Assembly (NCBI GenBank): GCA_017499595.2
Contig: CM039006.1
Coordinates: forward strand, 2,542,001-2,606,000
Length of the DNA: 64,000 nucleotides
Reading direction: 5' to 3'
Origin: Psilocybe cubensis
Lineage: Eukaryota
Shown: positions 40,741-53,780 of the stretch, piece after piece
How the letters are laid out: every line of letters starts with the position of its first letter
Position numbering within the stretch: position 1 is the first letter of the stretch
Position numbers and translations under genes: made by a program
Notes under the pieces: generated by a model
The model's input: only the letters and a program-made list of their open reading frames with translations
The model's database searches: none
What the model was told of the DNA's origin: nothing

Positions 40741-41778
40741 ACTATACATTCCTATGTAGTATGGATTGAAAAATTACATTGCTTATGAGTCTGGAAATGT
40801 GTTAATCAACTGCGCTTTGATGTTTAAGAGTGAAGCTGCTTCAACGTCAAGCTTTGTGAAGGCATCGGCTGTTTCCACAAATCAGGTAGCGTGAGAATCT
40901 TGACTTAGTCTCACCTGTGTGTTCACGTTAATGCTTCAAATGCTTCATTGATTGCTCAATCGTTCAACACAGACGTAATTCATCATCCCGAATGAGTCTA
41001 CCCAGACATAAAGTAGGTTTTGGCTACCTGATTAAAGAAACCCATGGTCTATTTATCAGCCATTTGATGCACAGTACTATGACGAGAGATTTCGGAACTA
41101 GAAAAAGCAGATTGTGAAAAGTCGAGTTTCTGACTTGAATGAGCAATCATATCACTGTAGAAGATGTTCTTAGGTTTGTGTTTTCCAAGTCAAGATGGTA
41201 GTTTAGTCACGTTAATAGAAAAGACTTTGAAAAACTCGACCTGATATTACTGTGAACACTTTCTCTATATATCTAGTCTTGTCAGACAATGTGCACAATT
41301 GTATCACTGTATAAAATGACTTGACACTCATGTTCTCTGAGTCAAGATAGTGGTTTAGTAGCGTTGATAGAAAATTCTTTAAAAAACTTGACCCCATTCC
41401 ATTATGAACACTTTCTCTATACACCTAGGTCTATACAGCAGTTTCGTCAACAGTAACAATGTTGAAATAATGTGTCACATTACATAGCTGTCTACAATGT
41501 CTGTTACAAGAGACACAATCCAATATATGTGTATGTGATGTATATGATCTAGTACTAGTCATTTGTATCATAGGAGCTACAGAATTTCGTGTTTAGTACT
41601 GAATGACAAGTCGCATACACAACTGGCAGTCGCATATCTGATGTATCTGAGGTCGCATACGGTCGGGCCGCATACCAGGTCACATACACCGCATTTATTC
41701 GTGCTATCACCTCGCATTTATTCATACCATCACAATCTTACATTCAAGCTTACCTTTACAAACATTGTCCTTTTCTTA

Positions 41779-42537
41779 ATGGCCCCCCAAAAACATAGCA
41801 ATCAACGTGTTGGTGCCGATGGAAAAACAAAGCATCAAAGATATTTAGAAAAGTATAACGCTATTCTCACTGTCTTCAGTGCTTACTGACAAACTTTTAA
41901 AGGAATCGCTCGAAAATATATGCTAACAATGCTCGACGAAATCGTGAACGCCGTCAAAGACAGTAAGACTCTTAATTTGTACACTACACATGACACATAC
42001 CTAAAGGCTCTTAGAAAGATGGAATCTGCTTGTACTCCCTCCCCTTCTTCAACTGTATCCCTTCCTGAAGTCCCTGCCGACGTCTCAGAAACTCGAAATG
42101 TCCGTATACAGACCCATATTTCCCTCATCCATTCGTCTTCAATGCATCGACCCCATCCTCGGATGCAAATTGCTCGTCTCAGCACACCAGAATTAGACAA
42201 TGAGGAGTTGATGCATTTCAAGAATCGCGAAAAGTCACTGGAACTGCTAAATCGCACTGTCGAGATACAACAAGAAATCACACTATGGGAGGAACTAATG
42301 AGCGACAAGTGGTCTTATTATTATGGTTGGATTATCAACTTTGATTTTAAGGGTACCACATACGAGCAAGTGACGAGCGAGGTGATGGAAAGAGTAAGCA
42401 AGTTGCTCCATGAGTGGTGTGCACTTGTGACAGACTCGGTCCCACAGGATTTCGATTACAAGACTGCAATCAAGCATATACAGGAGCTTACCATTGCCTT
42501 AAACTTCATGCAGAAGTTGAGCGACAATTCTGATTAG
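41779..42537 (+). CDS. Transposon cargo ORF-C: three-exon uncharacterised protein with a basic N-terminal helix
   Basis: Spliced MAPQKHSNQRVGADGKTKHQRYLEK|NRSKIYANNARRNRERRQRQ|KMESACTPSPSS... joins the 41920-42537 ORF through two short GT-AG introns. Confidence 0.7.
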
Positions 42538-43259
42538 TATTGTAGCTATTTTTCAATCCAAAACTTGGCAGTCGTCTTGTCTCTATGTGCATAGCTTCTT
42601 CATTTGAACTTGTCCATGTGGTATAGTGGATAAGCGAAACTTTGAGTTAATTTGCAATGCAAATCTCTTGGATCCAATTCTTAATGCCTCCATGTTTAGC
42701 TTAAAAGGGCAGCACATTCAATTGCTGTAGCCAGTATAATCAGCCATGGAAATGATTTGTAGCAATCCCATGTGCAACCAAGTTCTGTGTCAAACACTGA
42801 TCACAAAGACAGTATATATCTACACCGATGTATGTGTCCAGTCTCACGATAATCTACGTTTGGCTTATCTATTTCATTCATATAGACGCTTCAGGGACTT
42901 CCATTGATCTGGAGTCTGCGATCAATGACTGGTACCCCCGTCTTGGCCGATGAAAAACACTTGTTTCACTTGATACAGACACCGAGCATTCCCTTTTTTC
43001 GACTTGTCAAGGAATCTTCAGGAATGGCAGAGAAAGTGACGCATTTTTGGACCCTTTTTAATCCACATGAGCCCCTTTGTGATCCCGATTTACACATTGT
43101 GTTACGACGGAAGGATGTTCCGGAGCAGGCTTGCATAGGGTTGGATCGTTTGACTACACTAGTTAAGCTCAAGGACAGCTGGGTGTTTTAGATATGTAGA
43201 TAACTAGCAAAACAACTATTTACGCCCACTAAAAGAGCTGACAAATATGTACACAATAT

Positions 43260-44527
43260 CTAGCTAGGGAGTAAACCATGAAGCTCCTGATACCGAGCCA
43301 ACTGTTGAGAAAGCAAACGCTGGCTGTCACGCTCTGCTGCTATTGCATGCTCCATCTCCTCTGCGTGGCGACGAGATTCCTCTAACTGCTGCTGGAGATT
43401 AACATTGTCCTGGATACGAGCTTGGATCAAATTCCGGGTGATGGAAGAAAATTGAGTCCCAATATTGCCGGCTTGAGCTGCTGCATCTCTTCGAAGACGC
43501 GGAGAAGCGTAGCTAATTGCGCCAGAGCGAGCAGTGGCATGTTGTGCTCCAATAAACAGCCAGCAACCGGTTTGTTTGGACAGGTCTTCACACTGGAAGC
43601 AGTATCAGTCATATAATCCCACAAACAAGCTAAAACTGACCTTTTCAACGATTGCATTGATGGAATTTGTGAACTGCTTTACCAGTCGAGTGTTTTCGGA
43701 TATGGGTGACGGCAAACTGTGGCCTCGAACAATTTCTATGGTAGATATTGGGTTGGTTAGAGTAGAGAGTAATAAAGGATTTTGGATGTTTAATACTCAC
43801 GATATACCTCAGTCCCACGAAGTGCGCCCTGCACATATCCATGGTACGGATTCTGAGCACTTGTTCTAGGTGGCTTAGGGTGCGAAGGAGTAGTACGAGT
43901 TCGCAATGTTAACTGGGCCAAACTACTTGAGGTCATTGATGAAATTGACGCAGTTTCCTGGAGCAACGACGAGCTTGTTGGGGTTCCGGGCGCGGAAATA
44001 GATGGAAACGTTGTGCTTGGTACCGTTGCAGAAGCACTGGAGGTAGGGTGATCTTCTGGACCTGTCAGTGGTGCAGAAATTTCAGGCCTCTCATCGTTTT
44101 CAGAAGCACTTGCAGAACCACGTTCCATCGCATCCACACTAGGTTCACGCAGACTCTATATTAGAGTAGACAATAATGTTCAATGTCAAAACCGGAGTTC
44201 ATAGTATTCTCTTACCTGTAAAGCCTGTTGTTCCGCAATATACTGCTGCCCCTTTTTGGTATGGATGCACTGCGACCGCAAAGGCCTTCCCGGACATCTT
44301 TTACACCTAGCATCCTGACGTGAAGCCTTGAAAAATGTGCTTCAGATGACACGTCATAACACAGCATTGAATGCAGACGACATACAGTGATAATGGGCCC
44401 CTTTTTAGTACCTCCATTGCGTTTCTAAAGATCTGTAAGACACTGAAAATTCTGGATAGTAACTTCTCACCTTGTGTGGTGTAGACTCTACCAGTGTAGA
44501 GGCCTTTGCCGCCCGCTGTTTTGCCAT
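43260..44527 (-). CDS. Transposon cargo ORF-D: CxxC..CxH knuckle, Ser/Thr/Pro linker, divergent MADS-box-like segment and coiled coil
   Basis: Spliced MAKQRAAKASTLVESTPHK|KRNGGTKKGPIIT|ASRQDARCKRCPGRPLRSQCIHTKKG...|...ISENTRLVKQFTNSINAIVEK|CEDLSKQTGCWLFIGAQHATARSGAISYASPRL...QELHGLLPS*. All introns are canonical. Confidence 0.75.
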
Positions 44528-45327
44528 TAATGTGGGTGGTAGGACAAGAGGAACAACTTGAAATTTGAAGACGCTACTGGAAATGTATATACATTCACAC
44601 ATTGATGAGTAATATCCTATCTTAATGGTCCATTTTACATCAACAGATGTCAAATTGAATTAGGCTAATATACATTGTACCCAGATACAAAGAGTAATTA
44701 TCATCTAGAAATATAAATCCTATGTAGAATGGCAAAACAAGGCTTGACATCGAGCAATGCAATGATTGATTAAGTCAGTTTGACATTTCTAAGTCCAATT
44801 CCCACAGCTCCCACGGCCTTGTGACCGTCGGAGTTTTAACAAATGACTGATAAAATGACTACCAATTCTCATTTGTTTAGGCTGTTTATGGCTTTACTAA
44901 CAATTTCTCCAATATATAAATGATTAATACAATACATATATCACTTTTTCAAAGGTGCACAGTACCTTGGGCAGTTTGTGCGCCGTTTTCAGTCACATCA
45001 GGGTACGAGGTAGGGGTGTCACATTTATGTGACCCGCGAGTCACAAAGGTCAACTTTTGACAATGTTTGCAGTCTGCACACCGGGGCATAAGCTGCTAAG
45101 GTATGAAAGGTGCATGGTTCAATAGTGTATGGTACTTGGTATGATTTTGTGTAAAAAATCAATGTCACAGCCAAATGATTATAAAGTAATATCTACCTGT
45201 ATGATTAAACAAAGTTATCTTGGCGTGGTATACTGGTATTTAACAAACCTAGCACTAATGGCTCTGTTATGTACACGTGTATTCTTTCTTCGCAACACAT
45301 CTCTTGATTCACTTTGTGCATGCTCCA

Positions 45328-48300
45328 ATGAGCAGAACTCCTTCTCCAGTAATAGTCTATGCACCATTGCCGGAATCTCCCACACAGATAGACTATACTC
45401 CATTGCCAGACATCCAGGGCTACGATATTAGCACTCCCCAGCGCAAAAGGAGAGTTGCTAAAGGAGCACGTCAAGGCAACACCAAAAAAAAAAGGCATGG
45501 CAATTTGAGCAATGCTTCAATTGAGGATCTCTTGGATGACAATGAGCCATCTGATATGGCTATGATGGATGTTGAGCAAGGACCTGGTGAATCTGAAGCC
45601 AACATGAATGATGATTCCAAGGATTTTCTGCAATTTGCTGAGGCAGTAGAGTGGCAGAAGAATGCCCTATCTTTCAGTTAACCGAGCGGATGTTTGTTGT
45701 GAGTGGCTGGAATGCAGCCAAAAGAGAGTCAAATGTGAGTATTATGTGAATATATTTGAAGAACTGGCTGACATCATTGTATTCAGAAATTCTGGTACCA
45801 CGCTATGCGGGATAATACCCAGGACACAGTTTCAGTTGTTTGTCTGTGTCCACTTAACCGGTCGCAAGCATGTTATCATGTGAGGTACCTGACCGAAGAA
45901 CTTCCGCACAATGCGACAGTAAACGAAGTATCTCTATCTGGTACGTGTGGCAGTGACCTTCATAGATTTGTAGTAAACTAATAATTGTGTATTTCAGCCT
46001 ATCAAGAGGCACGAGCATTTCTTTTCTACAGAAACGAAGGTGTCATGGATAACTTTTATACCAATATTTTTTCAATCCCAACTTCCACACGATTTCCAAC
46101 CATTAAGAATCGTAGCATTGTTGAGCATTATGGAGACGACTCTGGTAATGGGACATGGAAATGTAGCAGGGATCAAGGCGCAACATCATGCTCCCACATT
46201 GTACAAGCCCGTCACGCACTGCAGAAGTATATTCATGGAGACTGGAATGCACAAGATGAAACCATTGATAGTAGTGTAGCTACAGATGGTGTTCAATTTG
46301 GTGGTACGCTTGTATTTGAATGGTTCAAGTCCAGAGTATTTCTAACTAATGAAGTAGGAGTTCCATTACGACAGGTTTCTGGAGTTGCTGAATCAATTTC
46401 GTATAAGCGAATTCCACCTCCCTGTTGGTCCCAAATTGGGGCAGACCCTCCTGCACCACCCAGAGTTATTTTCAACTCACCGCCATCATCTATTTCTCTA
46501 GGTGACAATGGCACATGTATCTGCTCCAACCCTAGGGAATGTTTTGACCCATTTAGGCCGTCAATCGACAAAGAGTGTACTGTTTATACACTTACCGGTG
46601 CTTCTAAGGCAGTAATCTCACTGCAACAATGTCTAAAATGCTCACACCGTTTTATTGGGCCAGAATGCAGTGATCTGGGTTTATTCAATTTCAATAACAC
46701 CAGCCTCTTTGCCCATGATCTGTTGGACGACTACACAAGTGCATTTTCCACCTCGGAAACTCCATTTATATCCTGGGTTAACACTGTGTCACGGCGCTAT
46801 CAACTTCGTGGGTCTGACGTCCCCTTTGCAAGCGACAAGCTCTTTCGTGCTGCTTGGTTCTCCTATTCACGGCTATTGCTATTAGAAAATGACATGACCT
46901 GTTTAGAATGTGGCCCAAATCCCAAGGCAACAATATGGGATGGAGTAACTGTAGCATTCAGTCGTCGAATGCTTCTACCTTCGCTTCATCCACCGACGTT
47001 AACAGGTCCCTCTTCAATTGAGAGGCCAGAGGTTCATCCCACATCTAATCTGCACGCTATTCCAAACCGAAATATTCGTATACTTATCCGATTCATTCTC
47101 AAGGGCCCACCACTCACTACACTGTCAACCGAAGCAGAGGTCACAGAGGCTAGTCCACATTTTGAGAGAAACAAGAAAATTGTAGAACGCCTATCAAAAG
47201 TCTCGGAACTAGTCAACAAGCTTTCCAATATTAACACACATCTAGGTAATCTGTTTAATAGTCAGTTTGGACTCTCCGCTGTTTTCAGAAAGCAATCCAT
47301 CCCTGAAGTTTACATTAAATTCTTTCTCCAGGTATTTTTTTTTTATTCTGCATAATTTTCACACCAGTACTCATGTCCTACAGGTTGCTGCGGATGAGTC
47401 AATCCTACAAGCCTTACCATATCCTTCAATCTTGAGCCTGAGGCGATTTCTACGAGATCCTAGTGCACAGCATATTACCTGGTTGCGATATACACCTTTC
47501 ATTCAACGTGTCATCCAACATGAAGTGCGCTTCGGGAATATTTCAGCAGATACCTTAGCAGTATGTGAGTGGCTCTACGTGCGGGCTATGGCTGTGTTTA
47601 GCATCATCAAAGTGCATGATGGACCGGCCAAAAATGATGACACTGTCAATTCAAATATTGAGCAGGAAGATTGGCTTAAGGTACGTATATAGTACTCAAT
47701 CATATCTTCATGTGGTGTGGTATACTTATGCCATAATAGACAGGCTGCCACTATGCAATGGCACAGATCCGTGAACGGCCAAAATATCCCAACCTCCCAT
47801 ATGAAGCCGGAAATGATCTTGTTGGCGCCAATGAAGATGAGGACACTTGTCATAAGTACTATTCAACATATTCCAAGAAGCGCCTCACCGGTGGAATCAT
47901 GTGTGTCTGGTGCACACACAGTGTTTGCTACGGTTTCCATTGCATCCGCGCAGCCGAAGGCCGCAATGATGTATTTTCAGCAATATACACACGGTGGAAA
48001 CAGGCTCCGGAGGTCATCGTCTACGATTTTGCTTGCGCACTTCAACCCTACTGCATGTCACGCGAGCCAGACTTCTTCAAAAACACGCGTTTTGTGATCG
48101 ACATTTTTCATTCCAGTGAACACAAATGTGGGGAGGCCTGTTTCTTGGCCACATACTGCCAGGAAAACCCAGACCTTCTACGATTGAACTCAAGTGCAGC
48201 GGAATGTGGCAACAGTGGTATTTCCAAGATCAGGAAAGGGGTTAGTTACATGACTCAAGACCGTGCTGTCATGTATATGAAGGTTTTTTTTTCATTATGG

Positions 48301-48348
48301 AATCGACAGCAGATCAGAAAAATGGAAAGGACTGGGATTAGGAACTAA
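45328..48348 (+). CDS. KDZ/Zisupton-like transposase (SWIM-like fingers, CxC cluster, catalytic region); possible frameshift near 45650
   Basis: SWIM-like CLCPLNRSQACYH; CxC4-like CLKC..GPECSDLGLFNFNNTSLFAHDLL; CLECGPNPKATIWDGVT; CHKYY..TGGIMCVWCTHSVCYGF..EG..VIVYDFAC..FVIDIFHSSEHKC..NSSAAECGN. This is the motif order of KDZ/HMGXB3-type transposases. Confidence 0.88.
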
Positions 48349-51307
48349 TGTACTGTCTTTACATATTTAAATGTGCATGGAAATTTGTACATGAGTCGTA
48401 ATTTCTCATTTGTAGGCGTCAATTTATGATCAACAAGGATATTCCACTGGCATTGGTTAAAACCTGTAATTACTGACCCCAAGGATGTAGATTGTACAGT
48501 GTTTACCAAAGTGTTGATTTGGCCTCGAGAGATGAAGATCTGTGCCAATTTCTCACATGCATACCGGGCAATCCAGCATTCAAAGTATGAGCATTCAAAA
48601 CACATCTGTAAATACGAATTCTTAGTTATTTGAAACGGTGCTGCAGATATAGACTCACAGTATGTAGATTGTGGTACATTCTCATAGTGTGAATTTAGCA
48701 TTCAGAGATGAAGATCCGTGCAAAATTTTTGCGCACAGATACAATCCAGTTTGCAAGGTACGAGTATCCAAATCACATCTGCAAATCCAAACTGTGTGCT
48801 ATTCAACACATCTGCGGCTCTAAATGCAATATACATGCCAGGATGTCAATTCAAAGAGTCTCACAGGGTTGGCATTGCTGTAGTTGGAACGCTCAAAATA
48901 CATTTGGTGATGTCGATTATAATTGCTGGACAATCAACATTAATTAAACACATTCTGAGACGCTGGCCGCTCAGAGAGGAGATTTCTATGCAGGGGAGCC
49001 ATTTAGCCCACATGTTGGGTAGCGATTACTATGGGATGTCGGGTACATTATATCTACTTTTACATATAGTCGTTAACCCGGGTCCTGTAAACTGACGGAG
49101 GACACCTATGAAAAGTCACATTTGTATAATATCATTTACAATGGCAATCAAATGTACCTGTCCATATAGACGTAGATGGCGGCCCAGGAATGTTCTCAAG
49201 ACTCCATCTATCCTTCAGAGTCGTAGCTATCTTCCAGACAACAACAAGGAGGACGGATACAACGACCGTTTGAAGTGAAATCATGGCGGTAGGTCGAAGT
49301 CGATGGCAAGAGTCACGGTGTCAGTTCGATGCCTTTTATATGTCGTTAGACAGGCTTGCATGGGAACATCATGGACGGTGCTGCTCTTCGGCGCGCTGAT
49401 ATCATGGGCTTTACATATCGAGGGCCTTCTTGAGCTATGTATAGAACAAGCGTTACAAAAAAGTCGTCAGACGTGATTGCGATAGGCCGCAGGACATCAT
49501 AATGGCGGGTAGCTCTAACTGTCACTGTCTGAACTCTATGCACGAAATGAAGCATACGGCTTTGAGCTGAGCAGGTGTAGTTGAAAGCCTCATCCCCTGT
49601 TAATGATAGGCGTCAGCATGGAGGCGGATGTAATTTACTGTACAGGAGTGCGCGTGTCTTGGCTTAGACTTCATTACGATCCATTAGCCGTGATAGACTC
49701 AAAGATACTAGTGCTTACCACCGCAACGTCGATGTAGCTATGAAGTTAAAACTGCGCTTCCAAAATGATTGTAATTGTCGTGCCATTAGTACCGGATTAC
49801 CCAAGCAAAACACTTTCAGCCATCCGCAGGAAGAGGTCCAGAGACAGGATTTGAGAGTCGGAGATTGGAATAGCTCAGTTGCGCTGATGTCCTAGGATAA
49901 TGAGCATGGTCAGCGTTTGACCTCAATCGCCTCATCGAAATATCAATACCAGGTCAATGAATTATTAGACGAAATCACTTACATTATCCCGTGCGTCGTG
50001 TCACCGGAACAGGCGGTCATGTATTCTCTTTCACGGGACCTCTAAGAGGACAATTACTCCAAGAGAAATAGAACTAGTGGCAACCAGTACGTAGCCAATT
50101 TTCCCAAATACCCCGAATCAACCGGGATCCTCCTCCTTCACCGTCGAACTTGAAGTTGATCGAAGACATCGTTGCCGACCGTCCTGTTAGGCGACATGCA
50201 TGATCCACTGCGTCTCTTGTATCATCTCGGACATCTAGGATATTCACCTCCATCACACAATCTGACTAGCAACAATTAAATTACAGTCGGCAATTTCTCG
50301 CTCTTGTGCCCGTTACGGACACGTATCGTTTATTTATAGCAGGACATCAGCTTCGAACACGACATATTTGAAGCAAAGGGGCTCGTGGCTAATGTTATGA
50401 CTTTTTATGCATTCTATATCTAGGCTATGGAGTGGCCCATGGAGCTAGCTCTATATTTTACCTCGACTCAGCGATGAAACCTTCATTGGGATCATCGGCA
50501 CTCCTTGGCAGCCTACATATCTTAAGTTCTGTAAAGAAGGGTGTTTGGACCAAGAGGGTCACTTGGGTAGTAACAGCATATTTACAAATGAAAACGGATA
50601 TTCTTCGCATGGTAAATGTACGCAATGCAATGGTGCAATGTGTCGACCTGCGCAGGCTGCTTGCGATTGGCCAAACAGATTTAAATAGACCGGCATACCT
50701 ACCCGCAGTTTCCAAGTTGTGGTCAACACGACCGGCCGTAATAGGTATTAAAACATTGGGAGTTATGAGCTCCCATACCCATCCATACTTATAGTCAAAC
50801 CTGTGAGCTCCTAAAAGAGCATTATAAAGTTTCTGTATCTGCAGGCAAAAATCTTCTGACCTTTGCTACTTGCGCCAGTGTGCACCGAGTAGGTCCATCA
50901 TCTGTGAAGATCCGACCCATATATGTTTTTGGAGCTCTCGGGATGACATTGGAAGTCGCCTACTCGATTTCGCTGTCCGCAGAAGCAAAGTCTATTACAC
51001 CCGTGTCCGATTGCATTGATGGTTATTTTTAGCAAGGCCTAAAGAGAGTGAGCTCGAACTTCGATCCCGTTTCCAGAGCCCTGCGCTCTCCAACGATGGT
51101 GTCATGCAAAGAGCGAGTGGACACGGGAGAATTTTGTCATGGAGTTTTTGTAAATCACTTTCAATATTCCGCGCGTTCGCCGTCTCGCTCGCGTGATACA
51201 CTACATCTTCACACTCTTGACCGGGTTTTTACCGCTTCGAAGTTATAAAAGCTGCACAAACGGGTTATGTTCTCGATAGGTTAACTCAGAAACTCACAAG
51301 TCTTCCA

Positions 51308-52038
<731 letters not shown>

Positions 52039-52913
52039 GGTTTGTTGATTCGTTGATACCTTGCAGAATATATCTCATAATGGGCGTCTTTAGTAATATT
52101 GGGAGCTTAACCGTTGAACTGAGTCGAAGACTTGGACGAAAGGTTATTCTACAGATTTTATATCAGCCTCCGATGAAAATATAACATGTACCTATATTCA
52201 ATGAACCGTTGTGTATGAAAACAATCTCTGCAAGGTTTTAAGCCACTTTATGCACGATGCGCTTCTGCCTAGAAGTGGACTCGTTAGCAAAACCATTTAA
52301 GCTGGAAGTGTCCAGATTTTACATTCAAATATACAAGTTCCCAAAGTTTAATGAAGCACCTGCAATGATTCCCTTATGACCACAAATTCTATCAAACGCA
52401 TTTACCTTTCCGTGCATTTTCCATATATTTTGCACAGGACTCTCTACTACTTTGGGCGCGTGGTTGGCACCGTGGGTGTGGTCGGGGTGTTTTGCACGAA
52501 GTCAATTCATGATCAGGGGCTGCCATTTTCGAATCTCGCTACCGGAACCACCCGGTCGGAGAATCAAACGTGACGTAACGAAAGCAAAAGCGAAAGTGCC
52601 ACGCACCGTGACTGAGCCCTACTTGCGCTTTTTCGACCTACCAACTCATAGTCTCATACGTACCTATCACCCGATATTCGGGCTCCTCCTCGTTTCTTGT
52701 CTTCAACGATCTACTAGCTCGTACTCGTACTTCACAACTCAAAGCTCATCATATACATACTCAACACATGGACCCACTCGCAACCTCTCAAATCTGAGAA
52801 AATGCGATTTTGAGCTCAACTCAAGTGCCGTTCGTTCACTCCCTCACTGGCTCACTGCCTATGACTATCGATTGTCGATTGTTACGATGTTAGAGGGATC
52901 GTCTAGAGCAGGA

Positions 52914-53780
52914 CAACGCAAACGCAAACGCAAACGCAAACGCAAACGGATACTGATATAGGTATAGGTATAGGTATAGGTATAGGTATAGATGCGCATC
53001 CCAAAACATATTCTCGTGTCATATCATCGATCAACCTTGAAGCTTGAAGCTTGAACCTTGAACCTTGAACCTTGAACCTTGAACCTTGAACCTTGAACCT
53101 TGAAGCTTGATTTTGTTGTGCCTGGCGATTATGATTATGATTGTGATCATGAACGTTTTCTTCTGCATACCCCATACCCCATACCCTATACCAAGGAAGT
53201 CAATATCAATCTCAATCCCGGCGCGAATCCCATGGACCTTGGAAATACTTGTTGACTTTGGCAAGCAGACTACACATCTCTTCCCTCTTCCCTTTTCCCT
53301 TTTCCCCCTTCCTACTCGACATTCGGTACAAGCACAAGCTACAACCTCATCGGCACCGACACCGACATCGATATCGTCTGGCATCTGCCCTGGTGATAAA
53401 CGCTAACCGTTAAATACCGATATCAAAGCAAACATTTGTTCTCCTTCATCGTTTCTGTTCTATCTCGTACGCTTGGATCCTTGTTTTTATTCTATCTCGT
53501 ATGCTTCCTTGGGTCTATTTCGTACTCTCGTTCTTTCGTACGCGACATTCATCGCATCGCACGGCGCACGGCGCACGCATCTTGGCTGGGGCCCCACTCT
53601 TGACTCTTTCACTTGACTCTTTCACTTGACTCTTACTTGACTCTTTCACTTGACTCTTACTTGACTCTTTCACTTGACTCTTTCACTTGACTCTTGACTC
53701 TTAATCTTGAACTTGAACTTGACTCTTTCACTTTACTCTTTCACTTGACCTTAACCTTAACCTTGACCCTTGACTCAATC
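52914..53780. repeat. Cluster of simple tandem repeats
   Basis: (AACGCA)n ~52915, (TAGGTA)n ~52960, (AACCTTG)n ~53033-53104 and a 13-mer (CACTTGACTCTTT)n at ~53595-53750. Confidence 0.9.

Larger units (their letters stand above)
34633..49079 (+). mobile_element. KDZ (Kyakuja-Dileera-Zisupton)-type DNA transposon, Zisupton/HMGXB3-like, with cargo genes
   Basis: Direct repeat GGGTCCTG at 34625-34632 and 49080-49087 (TSD; a 7-bp register is also possible). Degenerate terminal inverted similarity: left GTAGTATAGTATACCTGACATACCAC versus right reverse complement GTAGATATAATGTACCCGACATCCCAT. It also has a subterminal tandem repeat and an internal transposase, and removing it restores the host P450 frame. 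Confidence 0.9.
32168..49284 (-). pseudogene. CYP5150-like cytochrome P450 split in exon 2 by a 14.4-kb transposon insertion
   Basis: Exon 1 (49284-49158) encodes MISLQTVVVSVLLVVVWKIATTLKDRWSLENIPGPPSTSIWTG. After a 52-nt intron, exon 2 starts at 49105 (VLRQFTGP) and resumes below 34625 (NAWCFHHEIIKK). Downstream exons contain FIFAATDTTSSA, ETLRL, WRPERWL and FIGGSRACIGFKF; the stop is TAG at 32170-32168. Confidence 0.93.

Noticed and set aside
34633-49079. Starship, Helitron or TET/JBP-carrying element
   Set aside because: No tyrosine-recombinase captain, Rep/helicase or 2OG-Fe dioxygenase motifs were seen. The transposase motifs and TSD fit the KDZ/Zisupton type.
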